From an uncultured Acidimicrobiales bacterium (GTDB lineage: Bacteria > Actinomycetota > Acidimicrobiia > Acidimicrobiales > DATKAS01), in assembly GCA_963733765.1 (NCBI GenBank), contig CAVTEI010000003.1, positions 1,935,711 to 1,999,710 on the forward strand: a DNA stretch of 64,000 bases, read 5' to 3'. Of this stretch, positions 38,527 through 48,134 are shown piece after piece (within the stretch, counting starts at the first letter, position 1; every line of letters begins with the position of its first letter). Under the pieces are notes generated by a model. It was not told the origin of the DNA, ran no database searches, and saw nothing but the letters and a program-made list of their open reading frames with translations. The translations under genes and the position numbers were made by a program.

Positions 38527-39297
38527 CTAGTGATGTCTGCAGTGCGGGGGCGTACCGAAACGCTGGTTGAGCTCGCGCTTGAGGCCGTGGGGCGCGTCCT
38601 CGCGCGCGATGCGGTGTGCGGGAAGCAGCGAGCGCTGTGCCTCCACGTCGCCCGCGAATGCCTGCGTGCAGAGCTCGGGCTCGAGGTTGGCCGCGGCGAG
38701 GATGACGCCTGTGCAACCGAGCGCGCCTGAGAACAACGCCATCGCCGCCGAGCCGGTGTAGAGCGGACCCTCGTACACAGCCTGCTCCTCGAGGAGGCGG
38801 GTGGGATCGCCGGTCGAGTCCTTCAGTCCGGCGACGGGAAGCAGGTTCAGGAGGTCGACGCGGATGCCTTCGGTGCCGGAGACCGCTGGGTAGTGGTAGG
38901 CGATGACGGGAAACGTGCCCGCCGCGGACGCGATGTCTTCGTAGAACGCGCGCACGTCGCCATGGTGTGGTGACAACGCGAGGGCGGCGTCGGCGCCGTG
39001 GTCGATCGATCGTTTCGTGAGCTCGGCCGCGCTCACACCGGAGGGAAGGCCGCCGGTGCCGAGGATGACAGGGACGTCGGAGGGCACGGCGGCGCGGACT
39101 GCGTCGAGCAGCGTCAGCCGCTCCTTCATCGACAAGTGGGGTGCCTCACCGGTCGTGCCGGCGACGACGATCGCTTGCATGCCTCGCTCCGCGAGGTGTG
39201 CAGCGTGGCGGGCGGTAGTGGCGGCGTCGACCGTGCCGTGCTCGTCGAAGAACGTGACGGTGGCAGCGGCGACGCCGGTGAACACGGGATCGGGCAT
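38527..39297 (-). CDS. dihydrodipicolinate synthase/N-acetylneuraminate lyase family protein (second DapA-family gene)
   Basis: ATG 39297. AGTTGEAPHL, YHYP and Schiff-base lysine context GLKDSTGD. At 256 aa it is shorter than the canonical DapA at 45078. Confidence 0.75.
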   Translation of the reverse strand: MPDPVFTGVAAATVTFFDEHGTVDAATTARHAAHLAERGMQAIVVAGTTGEAPHLSMKERLTLLDAVRAAVPSDVPVILGTGGLPSGVSAAELTKRSIDHGADAALALSPHHGDVRAFYEDIASAAGTFPVIAYHYPAVSGTEGIRVDLLNLLPVAGLKDSTGDPTRLLEEQAVYEGPLYTGSAAMALFSGALGCTGVILAAANLEPELCTQAFAGDVEAQRSLLPAHRIAREDAPHGLKRELNQRFGTPPHCRHH

Positions 39298-39326
39298 GTG
39301 GACTCCTGTCGTTTGTAGGGATCGAG

Positions 39327-40064
39327 TCAGGACGGTCGGCGGTGGAACATGCGGGCGTTGGCTTGGTCTCGTGGCATGAGGACGATCTGGTCGATGTTCA
39401 CGTGGGACGGTCGAGTGACCGCGAACGTGACGCACTCGGCGACGTCGTCCGCAGTGAGGGGTGTGAGGCCGTCGTACACCTTGGCCGCCCGCTCGGCGTC
39501 GCCCTCGAAGCGCACGAGCGAGAACTCGGTCTCGCACGCGCCCGGGTCGATCTCGGTGACACGGATCGGACGCCCGAGCAGCTCCATGCGCAGCACTTGG
39601 TGGAGCGCGTGCACGGCGAACTTCGCGGCGTTGTATCCCGCGCCTCCGATGTAGCCCTCGAGCCCGGCGACGGAACCCATCAACACGACATGGCCGTCGC
39701 CTGTCGCTTCGAGCTTCGGAAGCAGCGCCTTCGTCATGCGGACGGTGCCGAGCACGTTCGTGTCGAACATGCGCTGCCAGTCTTGGAGGTCGGCCTTCTC
39801 GACCGGGTCGAGCCCGAACGCACCGCCTGCGTTGTTGACGAGCACGCGGCAGCTGTCGATCGCGTCGCAGAACGCGTCCACCGACTCGTCGTCGTCGACG
39901 TCGAGCGGGAGTGCCGTGCCGCCGATCGTGTCAGCGAGCTCGCGCACGCGGTCGAAGCGCCGAGCGCCGACGACGACGTCGAAGCCCTCCTTCGCCAGGT
40001 GCCGTGCGGTCGCCGCGCCGATGCCGCTGCTCGCCCCCGTGACGACCGCGACCCCCCGGTGCAT
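39327..40064 (-). CDS. short-chain dehydrogenase/reductase
   Basis: VTGASSGIGAATA, NNAG and YNAAKFA motifs. Confidence 0.85.
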   Translation of the reverse strand: MHRGVAVVTGASSGIGAATARHLAKEGFDVVVGARRFDRVRELADTIGGTALPLDVDDDESVDAFCDAIDSCRVLVNNAGGAFGLDPVEKADLQDWQRMFDTNVLGTVRMTKALLPKLEATGDGHVVLMGSVAGLEGYIGGAGYNAAKFAVHALHQVLRMELLGRPIRVTEIDPGACETEFSLVRFEGDAERAAKVYDGLTPLTADDVAECVTFAVTRPSHVNIDQIVLMPRDQANARMFHRRPS

Positions 40065-40075
40065 TGCGGCGGACG

Positions 40076-40849
40076 TTACCGGACCTCCTCGTCGGGCTCG
40101 ACGGTCGCTTCGCGGTCACCCGTCGTGTCGGGCCCGGTCTCCTCCGACCCCCCGTCGGCCAACGCCTCGGTCTCGGCCTGAATCTCGTCCTCGATCTTCT
40201 CGATCCGCTCGATCTCGCCGCGCGCCCCGGCACGGCCCGCCTGGAAGACGACGATCGCGACGGAAAGGCCGAGCAGCGGCCACTGATACCGCTGGATGAA
40301 GTCGAGGACGTACCCCAGCGGCTCTTCGAGGGCTCGACCCAGGAACCAGACGAAGATCAGCCGGCAAATCGTGCCCAGGATGTTGAGCGTCCAGAACAGG
40401 CGCGGTCGCATCCCCGAGGCCCCGGCGAACAGGCACACCAGGTTGTTGGGCATGACGGCGACGAGGGGCGCGCCGATCTTGCCGAACACGCGCTCGACCC
40501 ACCTGAGCTGGCGGGTCGCGCCCGTTCCGCCCTTGCTCTCCAGCCACTTCAACGCTCCCTCGCCGTACCAGCGCCCGAGGAGGAAGAAGAGCGGGTCGGA
40601 GACGAGCAGCCGGACGAAACCGATGAGGAAGTACGGCAGCGGGTCGATGTCGGCTGCGACGACGAGCAGCAGGTGCCGGTTTCGGGCGTCGAGCGTGATG
40701 AGCCACACCGGGTGGTGGTTCACCAGGGTCGGCGCGAGCGCAGTGCCGACGTTCGCCATCACCACGAGGATGCCGATGGGCACCAGCAGCAGGGTGAGGC
40801 GTCGCCGGTCGAAGCGCGGGGGCTCTATGGCTTGGTCGGCGGACGACAC
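40076..40849 (-). CDS. DedA/VTT-domain membrane protein with acidic C-terminal tail
   Basis: Multiple TM segments and a DedA-like core (FVRLLVSDPLFFLLGRWYG...VMPNNLVCLFAGASGM). Confidence 0.65.
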   Translation of the reverse strand: MSSADQAIEPPRFDRRRLTLLLVPIGILVVMANVGTALAPTLVNHHPVWLITLDARNRHLLLVVAADIDPLPYFLIGFVRLLVSDPLFFLLGRWYGEGALKWLESKGGTGATRQLRWVERVFGKIGAPLVAVMPNNLVCLFAGASGMRPRLFWTLNILGTICRLIFVWFLGRALEEPLGYVLDFIQRYQWPLLGLSVAIVVFQAGRAGARGEIERIEKIEDEIQAETEALADGGSEETGPDTTGDREATVEPDEEVR

Positions 40850-40953
40850 GAGAGGCCCGAGCGTACCGGCGTGGAACCGGCCGGCGACGCCGCTTCTAAT
40901 CTGGTGCGAGACGAGGTTTCATCGACGGCGCGCTTCACCAACTGGGGGCACTC

Positions 40954-42582
40954 ATGCAGGGCTTGATGCAGGACTATCCGCTCACGATCCCGCACCTCTT
41001 TCAGCGGGCCGAGCAGCTGTTCGCGGACAAGACAGTGGTGACGGCCACGGGGAGTGGCATCGAGCGCGTCACGTACGGCGACTGGGCCGAGCGCACGCAT
41101 CGCGTCGGCGGGGTGCTCGATGCCCTCGGGATCTCGGCCGACGGTCGCGTCGCCACGTTTGCGTGGAACACGTCCCGGCACCTCGAGCTCTACTTCGCGG
41201 CGCCGTGCACCGGGCGGGTGTTGCACACGCTCAACATCCGGCTCTTCCCCGACCAGCTCACCTACATCGCCAACCACGCCGCAGACGAGGTCGTCTTCGT
41301 CGACAAGTCGCTGACGGGCCTGTTGTGGCCGTTGCTCAAGACGTTCGACACAGTCCGCCATGTCGTCGTGATGGACGACGGGAAAGGCGCGATCCCTGAG
41401 GAGGGCGCCGACGGGTTCGAGATCCACGACTACGAGTCACTCCTGGCGAGTGCCTCGCCGGTCGAGTTCGCAGTCGACGACGAGAGCCGCGCTGCGTCGA
41501 TGTGTTACACGAGTGGCACCACCGGCAATCCGAAGGGCGTCGTGTACTCGCACCGGTCGACGTTCCTCCACACCATGGGCGCGATGACCGCCGATTCCCT
41601 CGGAGCGCGCGAGTCCGACGTGATCCTGCCCGTGGTGCCGATGTTCCACGCGAACGCCTGGGGTCTCGCCCACGCCGCGGTCGCGTCGGGTGCGACGCTC
41701 GTCATGCCCGGCCCTGACCTTTCGGGTAAGGCCGTCGCCGATCTCATTGTCAATGAGCGCGTCACGGTGGCCGCCGGCGTACCGACCATCTGGATGGCTG
41801 TGCTCCCCGAGCTGAAGGGTCGTGATACGTCGAGCTTGCGGGTCATTCCCTGCGGGGGCTCGGCCGTGCCGCGCGCGCTCTCGGAGGCATATCGCGAGCA
41901 GCTCGGGTTGCCGATCCTGCAGGCCTGGGGCATGACCGAGACCAGCCCGATCTGCTCGGTGTGCCACGTGAAGTCGACGTTGCGGAGCGATTCCGTCGAA
42001 GAGATGGCCGAGCGGCGCACGACGGTCGGTCCGGCGGTGGTCGGTGTCGAGCAGCGCGTCGTCGCTCCTGACACCACCGACCCGCTGCCGTGGGATGGCG
42101 AGAGCAGCGGTGAGCTGCAGGTGCGGGGGCCCTGGATCGCGCGCAGCTACTACAACGACGACCGCGCCGCCGAGTCGTTCACCGAGGACGGCTGGTTGAA
42201 GACGGGCGACGTGGCCACGATCGACGCCGACGGTTACATCCGGCTGGTCGACCGCACGAAGGACCTCATCAAGTCGGGAGGGGAGTGGATCAGCTCGGTC
42301 GAGATCGAGAACGAGCTCATGGCGCATCCGAAGATCGCCGAGGCCGCAGTTATCGGGGTCGCGCACCCGCGCTGGGCCGAGCGGCCGCTGGCGTGCGTCG
42401 TCGTGAAACCCGGCGAGGAGCTCACCAAGGACGAGGTGCTGGAGTTCCTCGCTCCGAAGCTCGCCAAATGGCAGCTGCCCGACGACGTGGTCTTCATCGA
42501 GGAGGTGCCGAAGACCTCGGTGGGCAAGTTCTCGAAGAAGGACCTGCGCTCCCGCTTCGCCGACTACTCCCTGCCTGCCTGA
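40954..42582 (+). CDS. long-chain fatty-acid--CoA ligase (FadD-like)
   Basis: 542 aa. AMP-binding motif MCYTSGTTGNPKGV and C-terminal ...PKTSVGKFSKKDLR. Confidence 0.88.
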   Translation: MQGLMQDYPLTIPHLFQRAEQLFADKTVVTATGSGIERVTYGDWAERTHRVGGVLDALGISADGRVATFAWNTSRHLELYFAAPCTGRVLHTLNIRLFPDQLTYIANHAADEVVFVDKSLTGLLWPLLKTFDTVRHVVVMDDGKGAIPEEGADGFEIHDYESLLASASPVEFAVDDESRAASMCYTSGTTGNPKGVVYSHRSTFLHTMGAMTADSLGARESDVILPVVPMFHANAWGLAHAAVASGATLVMPGPDLSGKAVADLIVNERVTVAAGVPTIWMAVLPELKGRDTSSLRVIPCGGSAVPRALSEAYREQLGLPILQAWGMTETSPICSVCHVKSTLRSDSVEEMAERRTTVGPAVVGVEQRVVAPDTTDPLPWDGESSGELQVRGPWIARSYYNDDRAAESFTEDGWLKTGDVATIDADGYIRLVDRTKDLIKSGGEWISSVEIENELMAHPKIAEAAVIGVAHPRWAERPLACVVVKPGEELTKDEVLEFLAPKLAKWQLPDDVVFIEEVPKTSVGKFSKKDLRSRFADYSLPA

Positions 42583-42626
42583 GCAAATCTCGATCCCACT
42601 GGCCGTGTGACGGACGGCCGCTGGAC

Positions 42627-42649
42627 GGTGAGACAGTTTTCGTCTTACC
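42627..42649. promoter_or_regulatory. candidate TetR operator palindrome overlapping a -10-like TACCAT
   Basis: ggtgagac agttttc gtcttacc (8-bp arms, one mismatch, AT-rich centre). TACCAT is at 42646-42651, 6 nt before the in-frame GTG 42658. Confidence 0.4.
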
Positions 42650-42657
42650 ATCTCAGC

Positions 42658-43251
42658 GTGCCGGAAGTGCTGCTCGACCTGACCCTCGAAGATCGGGTGC
42701 TCGATGCCGCCAAGGCCTGCTGCGAGCGCTGGGGGATGGCCAAGGTCACCGTCGACGACATCGCCGCCGAGGCGCGGTGCTCCCGGGCGACCGTGTACCG
42801 CCTGTTCCCAGGCGGCAAGGACAACCTGTACGAAGCGCTGCGGCAGCGCTCGACCAGGGAGTTCTTCTCTGAGCTCGACGCGCACCTAGCCGAGGCGACC
42901 AGCTACGAGGAGCTGCTGGTGCGGGGCCTGGTCGCTGCCACCCGCGCGCTGCGCGATGACGAGCACCTTCAGCTCATGCTCGCCTCATCGCCCGGCGAGG
43001 TCATGACCGAGCTCACCGTCGCCGGCCTCCCTCGCATCTTCGACGCCGCGACCCTCTTCCTCACCCCGCGGTTCGCCCCTCACATCGGCACCGAGGCGTC
43101 CGGTCGCCTGGCCGAGTGGCTGGCCCGGGTCGTCATCTCCTACTTCTTGTCGCCGTCGCGCCATGTCGACCTCGGCGACCCCGGGTCGGCCCGTCAGTTC
43201 GTCGACCAGTTCGTCTTGCCTGCCTTCCCAGCACTCTCCAGAGAGGCCTGA
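42658..43251 (+). CDS. TetR family transcriptional regulator
   Basis: HTH VTVDDIAAEARCSRATVYRLFPGGKDNLY. I prefer GTG 42658 (12 aa before RVLDAA) to the track start 42607, because 42607-42657 holds the palindrome and has a poorer codon pattern. Confidence 0.8.
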   Translation: MPEVLLDLTLEDRVLDAAKACCERWGMAKVTVDDIAAEARCSRATVYRLFPGGKDNLYEALRQRSTREFFSELDAHLAEATSYEELLVRGLVAATRALRDDEHLQLMLASSPGEVMTELTVAGLPRIFDAATLFLTPRFAPHIGTEASGRLAEWLARVVISYFLSPSRHVDLGDPGSARQFVDQFVLPAFPALSREA

Positions 43252-43256
43252 CCGCC

Positions 43257-44375
43257 ATGAGCACCGAGATCTCCGACATGATCGGCCGCGACGACGTCAA
43301 CGACGTCGAGGCCATCCTCGCGATCACCAACACCGACGTCGACGCCGTCCAGCACGCGGTGAAGGACAATGCCGACGCGCTCTTCACGTGGGACTACGAC
43401 CTGTCGCGTCCGGCGCTCCGCAAGCTCTACGAGAAGGCGAAGACCGGTCAGTGGAACGGCGAGACCGACCTTCCCTGGCAGACCGAGGTCGACCAGGAGG
43501 CCGTCGTCATCGCGAACGCGGCTGCCGCGCAAGGTGGTGTCGGCACGAATCCCGACCACTACATCGGCTCACCGGTCGAGAAGTGGGGCGACAAGGAGTG
43601 GCTCGAGTTCGGCATCCAGAGTCAGAACTGGACGCTCAGTCAGTTCATGCACGGCGAGCAGGGCGCGCTGCTGTGCACCGCGAAGATCGTCGAGACGGTG
43701 CCGTGGTACGACGCCAAGCTGTACGCCTCGACGCAGGTCGTCGACGAGGCGCGACACGTCGAGGTGTTTGCGAAGTACCTCGACACGAAGCTCTCCGGTC
43801 ACTATCCGATCAACGCGCACCTGCGCATGCTGCTCGACGACATCGTCAACGACAGCCGCTGGGACATGACCTACCTCGGCATGCAGATCATGGTCGAGGG
43901 TCTCGCCCTCGCCGCGTTCGGCTTCATGCACCAGATGACGACCGAGCCGCTCCTCAAGCAGCTGCTCCGCTACGTCATGAGCGACGAGGCTCGCCACGTG
44001 GCCTTCGGCGTGCTCAGCCTGCAAGAGGTGTACGCGGGCATGGGCGCCGCCGAGATCCGCGAGCGTCAGGAGTTCGCGTTCGAGGCATCGGTGCGCATGC
44101 GAGACCGGTTCTTGCAGCAAGAGGTGTGGGAGCGGATGGGGATCTCGCCGAAGGTCATGATCCCGTACATCCTCAGCGACGACACCCGCGGGCTGTTCCA
44201 GCAGATGCTCTTCTCGAAGATCGTGCCGAACTGCAAGAAGCTCGGCCTGCTCGACGCCGCCGACGGCTGGCTCCGTCGTCGCTACGAGGAGCTCGGCGTC
44301 ATCCAGTTCGAGGACTGGGCCGACACCGGCGAGGAGTACGGCGAGTTCGCCCTCCCCGACGGCGCGGTCGCCTGA
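43257..44375 (+). CDS. ferritin-like di-iron carboxylate protein (AurF/di-iron oxygenase-like)
   Basis: 372 aa with two ExxH motifs (VVDEARHVEVF, MSDEARHVAFG) plus additional Glu ligand candidates (MHGEQGA, MVEGLALAAF). Confidence 0.65.
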   Translation: MSTEISDMIGRDDVNDVEAILAITNTDVDAVQHAVKDNADALFTWDYDLSRPALRKLYEKAKTGQWNGETDLPWQTEVDQEAVVIANAAAAQGGVGTNPDHYIGSPVEKWGDKEWLEFGIQSQNWTLSQFMHGEQGALLCTAKIVETVPWYDAKLYASTQVVDEARHVEVFAKYLDTKLSGHYPINAHLRMLLDDIVNDSRWDMTYLGMQIMVEGLALAAFGFMHQMTTEPLLKQLLRYVMSDEARHVAFGVLSLQEVYAGMGAAEIRERQEFAFEASVRMRDRFLQQEVWERMGISPKVMIPYILSDDTRGLFQQMLFSKIVPNCKKLGLLDAADGWLRRRYEELGVIQFEDWADTGEEYGEFALPDGAVA

Positions 44376-44442
44376 CGCCGCCTGCACGTCCCGCCCGCAA
44401 GTTCATCGGGCTGAGCAGGGCCCGCTGGTAGGTTCGCGCCGG

Positions 44443-45078
44443 ATGGCCCATCAATCCGACCCGCATCTGCTCGTTGCCCACGCGCTGCATGTGAAGGGCT
44501 TCGGCACCGTCGAAGACATCGCTCGCATCACCGGGCTCACCGAACCGCAAGTCGAGTCGCAGCTGGTCCCCATGCTCGAGCGCGGTCTCGCGCAGTTCCG
44601 CGAGGCACGGGGCCTCTGGATGCCGACGCCCGAGGGCAAGCAGGTCGCGGCCGACCTGGTTGCCCGCGAGCTGAAGGACGCAGGCGTCGAAGACGGACTC
44701 CGCGAGGCTTATCCCGCGTTCCTCGAGCTGAACGAGCAGTTCAAGGCCCTCTGCGGTGACTGGCAGCTGTTCCCCGGTGAGGGCGACAACCGGGCGCCCA
44801 ACGACCACTGCAATCCGGACTATGACGCCGCGATCGTCGGTCGTCTCGCTGCGCTCGATCGCCTCGCGCAGGGCTGCTGTGTCTCGTTCTCCGACCATCT
44901 CACCCGGTACGCCCCCTACGGGCCGCGTCTGACCGCCGCCCGGACTCGCCTCGAGGCGGGGGACCCGAAGCAGTTCACCGGCGTGATGTGCGGCTCGTAT
45001 CACGATGTGTGGATGGAGCTGCACCAAGACCTCTTGCTGACGCTCGGCATCGATCGGGCGGACGAAGGGAGCTACTGA
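44443..45078 (+). CDS. hypothetical protein with N-terminal winged-helix-like region
   Basis: 211 aa; GFGTVEDIARITGLTEPQVESQLVPMLERGL. The C-terminal half is Cys/His-containing (LCGDWQ, NDHCNPDYD, CGSYHDVWMELHQDLL). Coding-like GC3. Family not recognised. Confidence 0.55.
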   Translation: MAHQSDPHLLVAHALHVKGFGTVEDIARITGLTEPQVESQLVPMLERGLAQFREARGLWMPTPEGKQVAADLVARELKDAGVEDGLREAYPAFLELNEQFKALCGDWQLFPGEGDNRAPNDHCNPDYDAAIVGRLAALDRLAQGCCVSFSDHLTRYAPYGPRLTAARTRLEAGDPKQFTGVMCGSYHDVWMELHQDLLLTLGIDRADEGSY

Positions 45079-45965
45079 TGGCCGGACGTTTTGGCGCGGT
45101 GCTCACCGCGATGGTCACGCCGTTCGATGCGGACGGCGCCCTTGACCTCGACGCGGCGGTGAAGCTCGCGCGCTGGCTCGAGGCAAACGGTAACGACGGC
45201 CTCGTCGTCGCCGGCACGACAGGGGAGGCACCCACGCTCACCGACGAAGAGCAGCTCGACCTGCTCGCCGCGGTCAGCGAGGCGGTGACGATCCCGGTTG
45301 TCGGTGGCACAGGATCGAACGACACCCACCACGGCATCGAGATGACGGCGAAGGCGTCCGGCACCGGTATCGCCGGCTGCCTTGTCGTCACGCCGTACTA
45401 CAACCGCCCGTCACAGGCGGGTCTCGAGGCGCACTTCCGCGCTGTGGCCGCGGCGACTGCCCTGCCCGTGATCCTGTACGACATCCCGATCCGCACGGGA
45501 CGCAAGGCGGCCACCGACACGCTGCTGCGACTGGCGCGCGACGTGCCGAACATCGTCGGCGTGAAGGACGCAGCGGGCAACCCCGCGGAAACGGCCTCGC
45601 TCATCGCTCGGGCTCCTGGTGGCTTCGAGGTCTACAGCGGCGACGACCCGTTCACGTTGCCGCTGCTCGCGGTCGGCGCGGTCGGGGTCATCGGCGTCGC
45701 CACGCATTGGTCCGGCGTGGAGCACAGCGAGATGGTCTCTGCCTTCGAGAAAGGCGACGTCGTCGCGGCGCGAGAGGCGAACGCTCGCCTGCTCGAGTCC
45801 TTCGCGTTCGAGACGAGCGACGACACGCCGAACCCGATTCCGGCGAAAGCGATGATGCGGGTGATCGGGCACGCGGTCGGTCAGTGCCGGCCTCCGCTGG
45901 GTCCGGCTCCTGCGGGCACCGAAGAACGGGCTCGGCAAGTGCTCGACAACTTGCGCAGGGTGTGA
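45078..45965 (+). CDS. dapA: 4-hydroxy-tetrahydrodipicolinate synthase
   Basis: GAVLTAMVTPFDADG...VVAGTTGEAPTLT...LYDIPIRTG...VGVKDAAGN is canonical DapA. The ATG shares one base with the upstream stop (TGATG). Confidence 0.92.
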   Translation: MAGRFGAVLTAMVTPFDADGALDLDAAVKLARWLEANGNDGLVVAGTTGEAPTLTDEEQLDLLAAVSEAVTIPVVGGTGSNDTHHGIEMTAKASGTGIAGCLVVTPYYNRPSQAGLEAHFRAVAAATALPVILYDIPIRTGRKAATDTLLRLARDVPNIVGVKDAAGNPAETASLIARAPGGFEVYSGDDPFTLPLLAVGAVGVIGVATHWSGVEHSEMVSAFEKGDVVAAREANARLLESFAFETSDDTPNPIPAKAMMRVIGHAVGQCRPPLGPAPAGTEERARQVLDNLRRV

Positions 45966-45986
45966 CGAGCCGGCGGCTCGCAGCCC

Positions 45987-47648
45987 GTGGCTGATCCTGT
46001 TCGCATCGTCTTCCTCGGAGGCCTCGGCGAGATCGGCCGCAACTGCGCGTGCATCGAGGTCGACGGGCGCATCATGCTCCTCGACTGCGGCCTGATGTTC
46101 CCCGAGGCGGACATGCCGGGCATCGACCTCGTGCTTCCCGACTTCACGTACCTGCGCGAGAACGCGCACCGCATCGACGGCTGCGTCGCCACCCACGGCC
46201 ACGAGGATCACGTGGGCGGCCTGTCCTTCTTGCTCCGCGACGTGTCGTTTCCGATCTACGGGTCCCCGCTCACCCTGGGGTTGGCTCGCAGCCGCATCGA
46301 GGAGGCGGGTCTGCTCGGTCGCACCGAGCTCGTGCCAGTGGCAGATGGCGAGCGTCGCGTGGTCGGCCCGTTCGATCTCGAGTTCATCCCCGTCACCCAC
46401 TCGGTGCCTTACACGTTCGCGACCGCGTTCCACACACCTCAAGGCGTGATCCTCCACTCCGGCGATTTCAAGCTCGACCTCACTCCGGTCGACGGTCGCC
46501 GCACCGACCTGTCCCGAATCGGCGCGATCGCTTCGTCGACCGGCGTCCGTCTGCTGCTCTCCGACTCGACGAACGCAGAGGAGCCCGGCCACGCTCCGTC
46601 CGAGCGCGAGGTGGGCCGGGTGTTGATCAACCTCTTCCGCCAGCACGAGGGGCGGCGCATCATCACCGCCTCGTTCGCGAGCCACATCCACCGCATTCAG
46701 CAGATCGCCGATGCGGCGATCGCGTGCGGACGCGTCGTCGCCACGCTCGGACTCTCGGTCAAGCGCAACGTGCGGCTCGCGCGCGACCTCGGACTGCTCA
46801 CCATTCCTGACGCCTCAATCGTCGAGATCGAGGCAATCGCGGACCTTCCTCCCGGGAAGGTGTGCGTCGTGTCGACAGGGTCACAGGGCGAGCCGATGTC
46901 GGCGCTCGCGCTGCTCGCGTCGGGCGACAACCGTTGGCTCAAGCTCACCAGCGAGGACACGGTCATCCTGAGCTCGCACGCCATCCCCGGCAACGAGCAC
47001 AACGTCAACAAGGTCATCGACGGGCTCTTGAGGGTCGGCGCCGAGGTCGTGCACTCCGGAGTGGCCGATGTGCACGCCACCGGCCATGCCCAGGCCGAGG
47101 AGCTCAAGATGCTGATGGCGCTCGCGAAGCCCGAGCTGTTCATCCCCGTGCACGGCGAGTTCCGCCACATGATGGCGCACGCCCGCCTCGCCAATCAGAT
47201 GGGGCTGCCCGACAGCAACATCCTCCTGGCCGAGGACGGCGATGTCGTCGCGCTCACCGACGACGGCATCGACTTCGCCGGACGAGTGCCGGCGGGTTAC
47301 CTCTACGTCGACGGCATCGTCGGCGATGTCGGTCACGGCGTGCTGCGCGATCGTCGCGTGCTCGCGGAAGAGGGCGTTGTCGTCGTCGTCGTGACCGTCG
47401 ACGTGTCGACGGGAAACGTCATCACCGGGCCCGAGATCATCACCCGAGGATGGGTCTACGCGCCCGAGGCCGAGGACCTCATCGACGAAGCCGCCGATCA
47501 CGCGCGCCGCGCGGTCGAGCACGCGTTCGCCTCCGGTGCGCACGACTCCGAGGCCCTGCAGCGTCACCTGCGCCAAGCGGTTGGTCGGTTCGTCAGCGAG
47601 CGCACCCGCCGTAAGCCGATGATCGTGCCCGTCGTGATGGAGGCGTAG
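45987..47648 (+). CDS. rnj: ribonuclease J
   Basis: 553 aa. Metallo-beta-lactamase motif THGHEDHVGG, beta-CASP region, and conserved position after dapA. Confidence 0.92.
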   Translation: MADPVRIVFLGGLGEIGRNCACIEVDGRIMLLDCGLMFPEADMPGIDLVLPDFTYLRENAHRIDGCVATHGHEDHVGGLSFLLRDVSFPIYGSPLTLGLARSRIEEAGLLGRTELVPVADGERRVVGPFDLEFIPVTHSVPYTFATAFHTPQGVILHSGDFKLDLTPVDGRRTDLSRIGAIASSTGVRLLLSDSTNAEEPGHAPSEREVGRVLINLFRQHEGRRIITASFASHIHRIQQIADAAIACGRVVATLGLSVKRNVRLARDLGLLTIPDASIVEIEAIADLPPGKVCVVSTGSQGEPMSALALLASGDNRWLKLTSEDTVILSSHAIPGNEHNVNKVIDGLLRVGAEVVHSGVADVHATGHAQAEELKMLMALAKPELFIPVHGEFRHMMAHARLANQMGLPDSNILLAEDGDVVALTDDGIDFAGRVPAGYLYVDGIVGDVGHGVLRDRRVLAEEGVVVVVVTVDVSTGNVITGPEIITRGWVYAPEAEDLIDEAADHARRAVEHAFASGAHDSEALQRHLRQAVGRFVSERTRRKPMIVPVVMEA

Positions 47649-47663
47649 TCGAGCCGTAGCGAC

Positions 47664-48134
47664 TCAACCGAAGGTGTAGATGTAGGCCACGATCGCATCG
47701 ATCTCTTCGGCCGACAGATCGTCACCGAACGACGGCATCGAGCCGGTGCCGTCGGTGACGATCGCGACGACCTCGGATTGATCGGGGAAGCTCTCCTCGA
47801 GGTTCTGCAGCGAAGGCCCGAGGCCACCCCCTCCGTCGTCGCCGTGGCACGACGCGCATTCGTCGTTGTAGAGCGCCTGCCCGTCGACTGCGCTCGCCGC
47901 GGTCGTGTCGGCGGCTGCTGTCGTGTCGGCGCCGCCGGCCTCTTCTGTCGTGTCGGCGCCATCGTCGCCGGTCGTGTCCGGCGGGGCGGCGGTCGTCGCC
48001 ACCGCGACATCGTCACCCCCGCCGCCCTCGTCGTCGCTCGACCACGGTGGGAAAGACGACGCGAACAGCGAGACGATGAACAGCGCGGCCAGTGCCAGCG
48101 CCACGATCTGCAGCACGTTCGTGATGCGCTTCAT
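47664..48134 (-). CDS. membrane-anchored class I c-type cytochrome
   Basis: N-terminal TM helix, Thr/Asp/Ala-rich linker, haem motif CASCHG and distal Met context TGSMPSFG. Confidence 0.85.
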   Translation of the reverse strand: MKRITNVLQIVALALAALFIVSLFASSFPPWSSDDEGGGGDDVAVATTAAPPDTTGDDGADTTEEAGGADTTAAADTTAASAVDGQALYNDECASCHGDDGGGGLGPSLQNLEESFPDQSEVVAIVTDGTGSMPSFGDDLSAEEIDAIVAYIYTFG

